64,000 nt of DNA, from NCBI GenBank assembly GCA_965223325.1, contig CBDCWI010000001.1, positions 960,001 through 1,024,000 on the forward strand. Direction: 5' to 3'. This document shows, piece after piece, positions 28,713 to 37,512 of the stretch; within the stretch, counting starts at the first letter, position 1; each line of letters begins with the position of its first letter. A program made the position numbers and the translations under genes. The notes beneath the pieces are model-generated. The model was given only the letters and a program-made list of their open reading frames with translations. It was not told the origin of the DNA and searched no databases. The stretch is from Candidatus Multivoradales bacterium (GTDB lineage: Bacteria; Acidobacteriota; Thermoanaerobaculia; Multivoradales; Multivoraceae).

Positions 28713-30056
28713 ATGGCAACAGCCAGGCTGGCGCGAGTCTTGACCTTCTGGGACGTCTTCTTCATCGCCGTCGGACAGATCATCGGCGCAGGGGTCGTCG
28801 CGCTGACCGGGGTCGCGATTGGCATGACCGGGCCATCGGTCGTCCTGGCCTACTTCTTTGCCGCTCTCCTGGTGCTCGTGGTCACCGTGCTCATCATGGT
28901 TGCCGGAACGGCGCTGCCGGCAACCGGCGCGTACTACGTCTGGGCTTCACGTCTCGGCGGCGGCTGGTTGGGATCGCTGGTGCTGTCGCTGGTTCTTTTG
29001 GCGAGCATTTCGCTCAGCCTGTACGGCAGTTCTTTCGGCCTCTACTTGAACCCGATCTTCCCGGCCCTGTCGGTCAACCAATGGGGGGTCGTGGTGATCG
29101 GGGTGTTGTTTCTTGCCAACCTCCTCGGTCTGCGCATCGCCTCGCGGGTGCAGATTGTCCTGGTGGTGCTTCTGGTCTCCGCCCTGGCGCTGTACGCGGG
29201 CTTTGCCATCCCTCAGATTGACACTGCGTTGCTCTCCCCGATGTTTCCAGCCGGCATCACAGGCTTCGTCACCGCGGTCTTTCTGTTGAAGTTCGCGACC
29301 GGCGGCGCCTACATGATCGTCGGGCTCGGGGGTGAGATGCAGAATCCCCGGCGAACCATCCCGCTGGTCATGGTGACGGCGACGCTGGCTGTGGCGGTGA
29401 TCTACGGCTTCGTGGCGCTGGCCAGCGTAGGCGTGATCCCGTGGCGCGAAATGATCGACCAGCCGCTCACCGTAGCCGGAAAACAGTTCCTCCCTGGCTG
29501 GGCGATGACCTACTTCCTCGTTGCCGGTGCCGGCCTGGCGATCTGCACGACTCTCAATTCGCAGTTCATCCAGGTGCCACGCACCTTTCTGGTCGCCGCC
29601 TGGGATCAGCTCATTCCAGCCTGGGTCGGCAGGCTGAACCGTTTCGGTGCGCCCCACTTCCTGCTCTTGGGGATGCTCGCCATCGGTGTCGTTCCGCTCC
29701 TGGCCGGGCTCGAGATCGGAGCCATTGCCCGGGCGGCGACCATCTCAGCCAGCCTGCCCACTCTGGTGGTGTACTGGGTGATCACCCGCATCCCGCACAA
29801 GTACCCCAAGGCCTACGAGCGGTCGGTGTTCGCTCTCGGTCCGGTCTGGATGTGGTTGCTGTTTGTCCTATCGGCGGCGGCGAGTCTCGTCGGCGTGTAC
29901 TTCCTGTCGATCGACCTGCCCGTTTCAGTGATCTGGACGATGCTTGTTTGGACCGCGGTGTCACTCGCCTACTATCCGTTGCGGCGCCGGTACCTCGCCA
30001 GGAAAGGTCTCGACCTCGACGCATTGACGACCGACGACGAAGTCTTCGAACCCTGA
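28713..30056 (+). CDS. APC-family amino acid/polyamine permease
   Basis: About 12 TM helices, 'GQIIGAG', 'PATGAYY', 'GEMQNPRRTIP'. Confidence 0.9.
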   Translation: MATARLARVLTFWDVFFIAVGQIIGAGVVALTGVAIGMTGPSVVLAYFFAALLVLVVTVLIMVAGTALPATGAYYVWASRLGGGWLGSLVLSLVLLASISLSLYGSSFGLYLNPIFPALSVNQWGVVVIGVLFLANLLGLRIASRVQIVLVVLLVSALALYAGFAIPQIDTALLSPMFPAGITGFVTAVFLLKFATGGAYMIVGLGGEMQNPRRTIPLVMVTATLAVAVIYGFVALASVGVIPWREMIDQPLTVAGKQFLPGWAMTYFLVAGAGLAICTTLNSQFIQVPRTFLVAAWDQLIPAWVGRLNRFGAPHFLLLGMLAIGVVPLLAGLEIGAIARAATISASLPTLVVYWVITRIPHKYPKAYERSVFALGPVWMWLLFVLSAAASLVGVYFLSIDLPVSVIWTMLVWTAVSLAYYPLRRRYLARKGLDLDALTTDDEVFEP

Positions 30057-30057
30057 G

Positions 30058-32148
30058 TCAGGCGGAATCGCCGAGACGACGAAGACCGAACAGCACCACC
30101 AGTGCGAGAAGGGCAAGCAGCCCGGTGGTCGACAAGGTTGGAATCACCGCAGCGAGACCGACCCGCGTCGAGTCACTGGCCACATCGCCGGCGGGGTTCG
30201 GATCAACGACTCCGGGGCCTGCCACCACCGACGCGGTGCTTTCGAGCGTGCCGGTGAACATCGCGTCGATCAGGCCTTCGGCGCTGTAGGTCACCTGACC
30301 CCCCGCGGCCAGGTAGACCACATCAGCGATGTCGGCGCTGCCTGATGCCGTACAGCTCGAGCCCGCGGTGGCAACGCAGGTCCAGGTGACCCCGCTGAGA
30401 GCCGCCGGGAAGGTGGTAGTGACCGTGGTCCCCGGTGCATCGCTCGGTCCGGCGTTTGAGACGACAATGGTGTAGGTGTGCAAATCGCCCGCCCCCGCCT
30501 GGGCTACCCCATCGGTGACGGTCAAGGTGAGGTCCGCCTCCGGCGCCAGGACCGTGTCGGCGTCGGTCGCGGAGTTGTTGCCCGGCGTCGGGTCGGTTCC
30601 CGAGGCGGTGACCGTCGCGGTGTTCGACAGGGTGCCAAGGAGAGCGGGATCGATCGAACAGGTCGCGGTGTAGGTCACTGAGCTTCCGACCGGAAGCGAC
30701 AGCGTCTCGGACAGATCACCTGATCCCGCAGCGGTGTTACCGGTCGCGCCGCCCGCCGCAGCGCTTGTGTAGGTGCAGCTGAGGGCAGCCGGGAACGAAT
30801 CGGTCAAGGTCGCCGCCGGATCGAGAACGGGCCCGGCGTTGGTCGTGACAATCGTGTAGACGATGCTGCCACCGGGGGCCGCCGAAACAACGCCGTCGGT
30901 CTTGGTCACTGACAGGTCAGTTCCCAGAGCCACGGTCACCATATTGCACGCGGTATCCGTCGAACAAAGATTCGTCGTGTCGAGGCACACCGTGTAGGTA
31001 CCAGCGGCGGCGTAGGTATGACTCGGGTTGGCGGCGGTCGAGGTGTTGCCATCGCCAAAGTCCCATAGATGTGAGTCGGCCAGAAGCGAGGCGTCGCTAA
31101 ACGTCGCGGTCAGGCCGCTCTGACTACTGCTCCAATCGGCAGTCGGGCCCTGTCCCAGATTTCTGATCACCGTGTCGGTACATACCCTGGACCAACCGGT
31201 GATCGTGGTCTCGAGCGAGGGGGCAAAAGGTCCCGTCGAAGCGTAGGCGTGACTGGGAGCGAGAGCGTTCTCGAGCGCACTGCCATCGTCGTAGTCCCAC
31301 TCGAAGGCCTGCTCGGGGGTACCGTTGAAGACCTCCTGGCTGTAGAAGCGGCTCGACGCAAAAGCGGAGCTGTTGTTGGTGAAGATCACGGTGTCGGGAG
31401 CCGCGAGGCAACCGGGCGCCGCTGCGAAGTCGGCGGTCAGATCGAACGTAACCGCGGGCTCGAAGAGCCAATCGGCATCGAAGTCATCCGGACCCACCGC
31501 CACGTCGGCGCCGTTGAACCAGGTGCCGAAAAGGTCGATGGCAGCCAGGTACTCTCCGGCGCCGTCATCGGCCGTGAAGTCATTCGAAACCAGGGCGATG
31601 TTGTCGGCGCTGTGGTTTTCCACCGCGAGCACATACGAAGCGTTGACCGTCACCGGCGAAGCGAACGTTGCCGTGTTCAAGAGCTCGGGGAGAGTCCCGG
31701 TGCCCACCTCGTTGCTCATCGTCACCACCACCGACCGGAGCGGTGCGGTTGGAAAACCGCTGGCATCGGCCAGGGAGATGGTCGCCGTCAGGTCGATCAT
31801 GTCACCGGGATTCGTGACCCAACCGTAGAAGTCGAACCCAGAGATCGTGACGGGACCCGGCGCCTCGAACAACTGGGCCACACCCTGCGCCGAGGTCGCA
31901 TTGTTGATGTTGAGTCCCTGCAGCACGGTGGCCTTGGCCGCCGAATAGAGAACGTTCTCGGAGGGGCAGGTGACGGTCCGGTTGCCGCCGAGCGGCGGGG
32001 CTTCTTCTGGACGATCGACGTCGAAAGCGACGATGGGATCGAAAACAATCGAGGCATTGGCCCGCTGGAGCTCCTCTGCCGCGCTCGGAGTAAGAGGCAG
32101 CAGAACGAGTACCGTCAGGCCAAGAGTCAGAGGCAGCAGATCTTTCAT
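30058..32148 (-). CDS. Surface protein with PKD and DUF11 domains and IPTL-CTERM sorting signal
   Basis: Signal peptide at ATG 32148; PKD 'WDFGDGNTS...PSHTYAAAGTYTV'; two DUF11-like 'DLSVTKTDG' units; C-terminal 'IPTLSTTGLLALLALVVLFGLRRL'. Confidence 0.85.
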   Translation of the reverse strand: MKDLLPLTLGLTVLVLLPLTPSAAEELQRANASIVFDPIVAFDVDRPEEAPPLGGNRTVTCPSENVLYSAAKATVLQGLNINNATSAQGVAQLFEAPGPVTISGFDFYGWVTNPGDMIDLTATISLADASGFPTAPLRSVVVTMSNEVGTGTLPELLNTATFASPVTVNASYVLAVENHSADNIALVSNDFTADDGAGEYLAAIDLFGTWFNGADVAVGPDDFDADWLFEPAVTFDLTADFAAAPGCLAAPDTVIFTNNSSAFASSRFYSQEVFNGTPEQAFEWDYDDGSALENALAPSHAYASTGPFAPSLETTITGWSRVCTDTVIRNLGQGPTADWSSSQSGLTATFSDASLLADSHLWDFGDGNTSTAANPSHTYAAAGTYTVCLDTTNLCSTDTACNMVTVALGTDLSVTKTDGVVSAAPGGSIVYTIVTTNAGPVLDPAATLTDSFPAALSCTYTSAAAGGATGNTAAGSGDLSETLSLPVGSSVTYTATCSIDPALLGTLSNTATVTASGTDPTPGNNSATDADTVLAPEADLTLTVTDGVAQAGAGDLHTYTIVVSNAGPSDAPGTTVTTTFPAALSGVTWTCVATAGSSCTASGSADIADVVYLAAGGQVTYSAEGLIDAMFTGTLESTASVVAGPGVVDPNPAGDVASDSTRVGLAAVIPTLSTTGLLALLALVVLFGLRRLGDSA

Positions 32149-32292
32149 TGTTCGAATCTCCGGACGGCCAGCCGGCAAGGGGCCGGTGACCGTCGGAACC
32201 AGAAAGGGGAAGAGCCAGAACTGGCGGAAGGAGCCGAGGAAGCGGGAAGAAGCCCGATGGCTCGCGACCGAGTCTAGCCAAGCCCGCCGGCG

Positions 32293-32315
32293 AAACAAAA
32301 CCGAGAGGCTCTCGG
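32293..32315 (-). terminator. Intrinsic terminator after the TPR-VWA pair
   Basis: Minus strand CCGAGA-GCC-TCTCGG followed by TTTTGTTT. Confidence 0.5.
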
Positions 32316-32341
32316 CAGGCGCTCGGGCAACCGTGCAGCCC

Positions 32342-33394
32342 CTAGGGCGTCACGACGCGCAGGCGCGGCGGCGTGCTCTCACCAAGACCAACCATCAACT
32401 GCGTTTTACCCCCAGGGAACACGTCGAGCGCAGCGGACAGCTCGTCCTCGAGACCGAGCACGACGGTGTAGCGACCCGACGGCAGCGCAACGACCTGGCC
32501 GACGTTCCCTCGCGCGACCAGTTCTCCGGCAGGAGAGCGAACGTCAAAACCCAGCGCCGCCAGTTCAATGCGCAGCATGCCGCGCTCGACGTCGCTTGCA
32601 CTGGCCGGTAGCTCGAGCTGGCCGCGCCCGGCGTTGACTGCGTCGCGCAGCATGCGCTCGATCTGCGCGGCGCGCTCGGGGTCACGCCGACCATGACGGT
32701 CGACTCCGATCCCCGGCGCAATCACGTGCAACCGGATGCCGTCGCGACCTACCTCGCGCGCCACCTCGTCGAACCGACCTTCGCACTCATCGAGCCCGTC
32801 AGTCACCACCACGATCCGCCGGTCTCCCTCGAGGTTGCTCAAGGCCTCGCGAGCCTTCTGGACGGCGTCGGCGAGTGGAGTGTCGCCGCGGTGAGTGCTC
32901 CGTACGATGCTCCTGATCCAGGCCGAAACGGCCGCGTCGTCGTTCTGATCGGGGGCTACGAGGACTTCGATGTCCAGGCAGGACTCACGTCGCCGCGCAG
33001 TTCCTTCTCCACCGGTCGGCTTGCGGTGACCGAAGGCGACCAGGCCCTGACGGTCCTTGGCTGCGGTGCGTTCGAGATAGCGCCGCAATCCGTCGCGGGC
33101 AGGTTCGAAACGCGGCTCGGGCTGCCCCTCCCCGACTGGATTCGCCATGCTCATCGAAGCGTCGTAGACCACCAGCGTGGTTTGCGGCCGTCGCCAACGA
33201 AGGAGGTCTCCCAGCAGGACGTCGTCTGGTTCACCGGCACCCTGGCCCAACCGAAACGCGAGCACCTCGAGAGTGCCGGGTGCTGCCGGCACCGGTGGTG
33301 GAACATCGGTCGAGGCGCAGCCCAGCACCATGGCGAGTCCAACGAGGGCTACGCTCCGGAAGGGGGCGAGCTTCACACTCTTAGCGACGGTCAC
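32342..33394 (-). CDS. VWA-domain lipoprotein
   Basis: Lipobox 'VLGC', MIDAS DASMS, 'GDTPL', 'VVVTDGLDEC'. Confidence 0.85.
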   Translation of the reverse strand: MTVAKSVKLAPFRSVALVGLAMVLGCASTDVPPPVPAAPGTLEVLAFRLGQGAGEPDDVLLGDLLRWRRPQTTLVVYDASMSMANPVGEGQPEPRFEPARDGLRRYLERTAAKDRQGLVAFGHRKPTGGEGTARRRESCLDIEVLVAPDQNDDAAVSAWIRSIVRSTHRGDTPLADAVQKAREALSNLEGDRRIVVVTDGLDECEGRFDEVAREVGRDGIRLHVIAPGIGVDRHGRRDPERAAQIERMLRDAVNAGRGQLELPASASDVERGMLRIELAALGFDVRSPAGELVARGNVGQVVALPSGRYTVVLGLEDELSAALDVFPGGKTQLMVGLGESTPPRLRVVTP

Positions 33395-34245
33395 GGCGTA
33401 CTCCCTCTTGGGGTGCGAGCGGCCTCGACCATCTCGACGATCGCCGGCGCCAGGTCATCAGGAACGGCGATCTCCTCGTCGAAGTCGAGCGCCAGCCCGA
33501 TCGACTCGGCCGCCGCGGCGAGAGCACCCTCGGCATGCTGGCACGCTCCCAGGGTCAAGTAGGCACGCGCGGTCTGAGCGGCCGATAGCCAACGGTCACC
33601 AACCAGCGCAGCCACCGCCGGCACGACTGTCGCGCACTCTCCGCTGGCGCGCAAACGGTCGTAGTCGCGCAAGCGAACCTCGAGGTCAGCCTTATAGGCC
33701 TCCTCGACCGTATGGCGCAACGCCTCGCTCGTGCCGTCGCCACAGTCGACGGTACGCAACTGGTTAGCAGCCGCGAGGGCGTCATGAAAGGCGCCGCGCT
33801 CGAGGTGATCGGTAGCAGCACGTTCGAGATCGCGACGCTCCGGCGCGAGTGTCTCGCGCAGCAGGCTGAGCTGGCGCTTCGCCTCGGCATCGTCAGGATC
33901 GAGCACCACCAACCGTGCCCAGGCTTCGCATGCCACGCCAGGTTGCTCGACGAAGAAGCGAAGGCCGCGTTCGATGAGACGCTCGCGCTCCTCCTCGCGC
34001 TGCACTTCGGCCAACGTCAAGAGCACAGTGAGTGCCGTCTGGTCGGGATGCTCTTTGATTCCTGCCTCTAGAACGCCGATCGCCTCGGCGAAACGACCTT
34101 CCTGAATCAGTCGATTCGCCTGGGCGGCAACGTCGGTGTTTTCCTGAGGCAACCCAAGAGCCGGTGCGGCCGCAAGAAGGAGCAGCGCGATCAAGAGCAG
34201 TCCAACGGTCGATGGCTGGCAAGAGCGATGTCGCAAACGCCACAT
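33391..34245 (-). CDS. Secreted TPR-like helical repeat protein
   Basis: Signal peptide; 'LIQEGRFAEAIGVLE..IKEHPD' TPR-like helices; 4-bp overlap with the VWA gene. Confidence 0.7.
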   Translation of the reverse strand: MWRLRHRSCQPSTVGLLLIALLLLAAAPALGLPQENTDVAAQANRLIQEGRFAEAIGVLEAGIKEHPDQTALTVLLTLAEVQREEERERLIERGLRFFVEQPGVACEAWARLVVLDPDDAEAKRQLSLLRETLAPERRDLERAATDHLERGAFHDALAAANQLRTVDCGDGTSEALRHTVEEAYKADLEVRLRDYDRLRASGECATVVPAVAALVGDRWLSAAQTARAYLTLGACQHAEGALAAAAESIGLALDFDEEIAVPDDLAPAIVEMVEAARTPRGSTP

Positions 34246-34364
34246 CTGAAGGTCCTCACCGTCACCTGGTCCGAGGCCAAGACGACGGATTCCTGTGGGG
34301 CAATTCGATCGTCATGAGAGACACGAGTGGTGTTTAGTCTACGCGATCGCCTGCCCTCTCCAGG

Positions 34365-35627
34365 CTAGCGACACTCTTCGCTCAAGACCTCTCCCTCGAT
34401 CACCACGCCACAGACCTGGGTGGTGTACTCAAACGGATCGCCCGTAAACAGCGCCAGGTCACCGTCCATTCCGACGGCGAGCGAGCCAACGCGATCGTCG
34501 ATGCCCAACAACCGCGCCGCGTCACTTGTAACCGCCGCGAGCGCCTCGCTGGCACTCAAGCCGTGCGCGGCATAGTGCGCAACTTCGAAGATCAGAACGC
34601 GCGTCTTGGGCACGTACCCTTCGTGGCCCGTTTGCACGGCGAAGGGAATCCCGGCGTCAAGCAGGATTTTCGCAATCGTGAGCGTTTTGTTCTGGATGCG
34701 AGCGCGGGGCGGGTGGAGAAAGATCGGAACGCCGGCGGCTTTGATCTCGTCGAGTAGAAGGTAGGCCTCAGCCGCCCCGTCGAGAACCATCTCGAAGCCG
34801 AACTCTCGCTGCAGGCGCAGCGCCGCAGCGATGTCGACGGCGGAGTTCGCATTCACCATCAGAGTGATCTCACCTGCCAGCACCGAAGCCAGGGTTTCCT
34901 TCTGCAGATTGCGCTCGGGAGTCGGGGACGGCTTGCCCTCGGCCTCGTCTTCATCACCGTCGCCCTCTGGCGCGTCGAACTTCTCGGCATAGGCCTGGGC
35001 ACCGATCAAGGCATCGCGCAGCATGGCGACGCCCTTGGCCCTGGTGCCCGGCTTCTTGAACGCCGAGTTCAGGTTGCCCAGGGTGACGGCGATCATCTTG
35101 CCGGGGGCGATGAGCGCCTCGTCGACCGTGCTGCCCCTGGTCTTGGCGATCATCGTCTGGCCAGACATGAGCGCGCCCGGACCGTGACCCGTGTGGACGG
35201 TGGTGACACCAAAGGAGCGGGCATATTCGATGAGCTCCTCGCGCGCGTTGTAGGCGTCGAGCGCGCGCAGTTCTGGCTGCAGCGGGCTCGATGTCTCGAG
35301 TTGATCCTGGTCGCGCACCGGACCGACGTTGCTGTTGTAGGCACCCGAGAGACCGAGGGTCGAACGCACGTCGATCAGACCGGGCGTGACCACTGCGGCT
35401 TCGAGAACCCGCAAGCCGTCAGGAATGCGCGTGCTGGCCGACGGCCCCATGGCGGTGATCTTGCCGCCTTCGATGACCACCACCGCATCTTCGAGGGGCG
35501 CGCCCGTCTGGGTGTGCAGAAGTTCGGCTTTGACCGCGACTTGCGCCGCCGCCAGGGAGCTCACCACCATCATCGGTAGCAGCGCGACGCAGAAGCGGGT
35601 GACGTACCTTCTTTCGGTGGACTTCAT
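34365..35627 (-). CDS. Secreted amidohydrolase-family protein (degenerate metal site)
   Basis: 'VTPGLIDVRST' in place of DxHxH; 'RVGSLAVGMDGDL'. Confidence 0.85.
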   Translation of the reverse strand: MKSTERRYVTRFCVALLPMMVVSSLAAAQVAVKAELLHTQTGAPLEDAVVVIEGGKITAMGPSASTRIPDGLRVLEAAVVTPGLIDVRSTLGLSGAYNSNVGPVRDQDQLETSSPLQPELRALDAYNAREELIEYARSFGVTTVHTGHGPGALMSGQTMIAKTRGSTVDEALIAPGKMIAVTLGNLNSAFKKPGTRAKGVAMLRDALIGAQAYAEKFDAPEGDGDEDEAEGKPSPTPERNLQKETLASVLAGEITLMVNANSAVDIAAALRLQREFGFEMVLDGAAEAYLLLDEIKAAGVPIFLHPPRARIQNKTLTIAKILLDAGIPFAVQTGHEGYVPKTRVLIFEVAHYAAHGLSASEALAAVTSDAARLLGIDDRVGSLAVGMDGDLALFTGDPFEYTTQVCGVVIEGEVLSEECR

Positions 35628-36973
35628 CGCCGGCCTCCCCCGAGGTTCCATTCCTGTTCTAGATGAACATGGGCTCCTCTACCGCGGTAGACGTTGTAGC
35701 CCCCGAGGGCGTACTCGAGATGCTCGGGATTCGCACGGTCGAAGACGCGCTCGCCCTCGACCCAGGTCTCGAGTACTTTGGTGTACACGCTCAGTGGGTC
35801 GCCCGACAACACGACCAGATCAGCATCTTTGCCCTCCTCGAGCGAGCCGACGCGATCGTCGAGGCCAAGCTGACGGGCTGGCGCCAGGGTGAGACCCTCG
35901 AGTGCCTTCTCGCGCGACATTCCGTAGCGCACCGAAATCGCAGCGCCGCGCCACAGGAAGCGCGAGTCGGTCACTCCATCGTCGGTGTTGAAGCTCACGT
36001 CGACCCCGGCCTCTTCGAGAATCGCACCGCTGGCCAGGTTCCAACCGAGGGCCTCTTCTTTGCCACCGAAGGCGTCGATGAAGGTGAGCGACACGGCGAC
36101 TCCAGCGGCGGCGATCTCATCCGCCACCTTCCATGCCTCGCTACCGTGCTGAATCACGGGCTCGAAGCCAAACTCCTCTCCAAGACGCAGCAGAGTCATG
36201 ATGTCGTTGTGGCGGTGGCTGTGGAACTGAACGATGCGTTTGCCATCGAGGATCTCCACTAACGCCTCCATCTCCAGGCTACGCGGCGGCGGCTTCGACG
36301 ACGGCAGGTCTTCGACGAGTTTCTCCCGATACTCCTGTGCCTTGACGTACTTCTGGCGGACGAGGGCTGCGCTCTTGCCCCGGGTGCCGGGCGCGGGCGG
36401 CGTGTTGCCGATGGAGTTCGTTCCATTGGCCATCTTCATCGAGCCGCAGATGTCGGTAATCGGGTTCTCACAGAAGAGCCAGTCTTCGACGGTGCGCGCG
36501 TTCTTGCGCAGTTTTAGATGCACCGTTTGCCCACTCATCAGGAGGCCCGAGCCCGGCATCACGTTGAGGGTCGTCAAACCGCCAGCGCGGGCCCGCCAGA
36601 AGCCATCGCTCCTCACGTCGATCGCATCGAGTGCGCGGGTCTCGGCGTGAATCGGAGCCGAACGGTCTCCGCCAGATGGTCCACCGACATGCGAGTGGGT
36701 GTCGACGAGGCCGGGCATGATGAGCTTGCCTGTTGCGTCGATGGTTTCCGCACCGCGTGGAATGCGCGTCGACGGTCCGCCGACCGCGGTGATCTTGCCG
36801 CGGTGAATGACAACCACTCCTTCATCGATCGGTGGCGCCGAGATCGGTAGAACCCGCGCACCGGTGAAGGCAATCGGTGAATCCTGAGCTGCGACTGGTG
36901 GCGCGAGGAAGACGAACAGTAGAGCGGCCAGTCCGCCGACGATCAGGAACGGAACGGCAACGCGTTTCTTCAA
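35624..36973 (-). CDS. Secreted amidohydrolase-family protein
   Basis: 'MPGLVDTHSH', 'FHSHR', 'QHGSE', 'NTDD', 'GSLEEGKDADLV'; TTG start at 36973 with AGGAG SD. Confidence 0.88.
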   Translation of the reverse strand: MKKRVAVPFLIVGGLAALLFVFLAPPVAAQDSPIAFTGARVLPISAPPIDEGVVVIHRGKITAVGGPSTRIPRGAETIDATGKLIMPGLVDTHSHVGGPSGGDRSAPIHAETRALDAIDVRSDGFWRARAGGLTTLNVMPGSGLLMSGQTVHLKLRKNARTVEDWLFCENPITDICGSMKMANGTNSIGNTPPAPGTRGKSAALVRQKYVKAQEYREKLVEDLPSSKPPPRSLEMEALVEILDGKRIVQFHSHRHNDIMTLLRLGEEFGFEPVIQHGSEAWKVADEIAAAGVAVSLTFIDAFGGKEEALGWNLASGAILEEAGVDVSFNTDDGVTDSRFLWRGAAISVRYGMSREKALEGLTLAPARQLGLDDRVGSLEEGKDADLVVLSGDPLSVYTKVLETWVEGERVFDRANPEHLEYALGGYNVYRGRGAHVHLEQEWNLGGGRR

Positions 36974-37019
36974 GACTATTCTCCTGTGGTACGAAATCGG
37001 GACTAACTTAGCGCATGCC

Positions 37020-37442
37020 TCATGACAGCCGATGCACCATCGCGTGGTCGGCGACCAGCTGCAGGAGATCCCAGCGGTTGCCGTAGAGATCTTCGAAGAC
37101 CGCCACCGTGCCGTAGTCCTGCTCGACGGGTTCGCGAACGAACGTGACCCCACGCTCCAAGAGGAGCTTGTAGTCGCGCCAGAAGTCGTCGGTGTTGAGG
37201 AAAAGAAAAACACGACCGCCAGACTGGTTCCCAACGAAGGGCTCCTGCTCGGGGTTCGAGGCACGCGACAGCAGAAGCGTCGTACCGCGCGAACCCGGTG
37301 GGGCGACCACCACCCAACGTTTGTCTTGCGCTGGTTGGTAGGTGTCTTCGATCAGCTCGAAGCCGAGCTTGCCGGTGTAGAACTCGATGGCCTCGTCGTA
37401 GTCGCGCACGACAAGCGCCACGTGAACGATCTCTTGCCTCAC
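37020..37442 (-). CDS. VOC (glyoxalase/bleomycin resistance) family protein
   Basis: 'HVALVVRDYDEAIEFY', 'KRWVVVAPPG', 'YGTVAVFEDLYGNRWDL'. Confidence 0.92.
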   Translation of the reverse strand: MRQEIVHVALVVRDYDEAIEFYTGKLGFELIEDTYQPAQDKRWVVVAPPGSRGTTLLLSRASNPEQEPFVGNQSGGRVFLFLNTDDFWRDYKLLLERGVTFVREPVEQDYGTVAVFEDLYGNRWDLLQLVADHAMVHRLS

Positions 37443-37512
37443 GTAAGCCTGACCCTCTATTCATGAATGGAAAGAGTCGCAGGCTAGCAGGGACCGAGCC
37501 CTTGACAGCCGA

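Noticed and set aside
22194-29221. Long alternative or antisense ORFs (e.g. 22194-23546, 24368-25246, 27719-29221)
   Set aside because: They overlap well-supported genes and have low-complexity R/P/S composition typical of GC-rich shadow ORFs.
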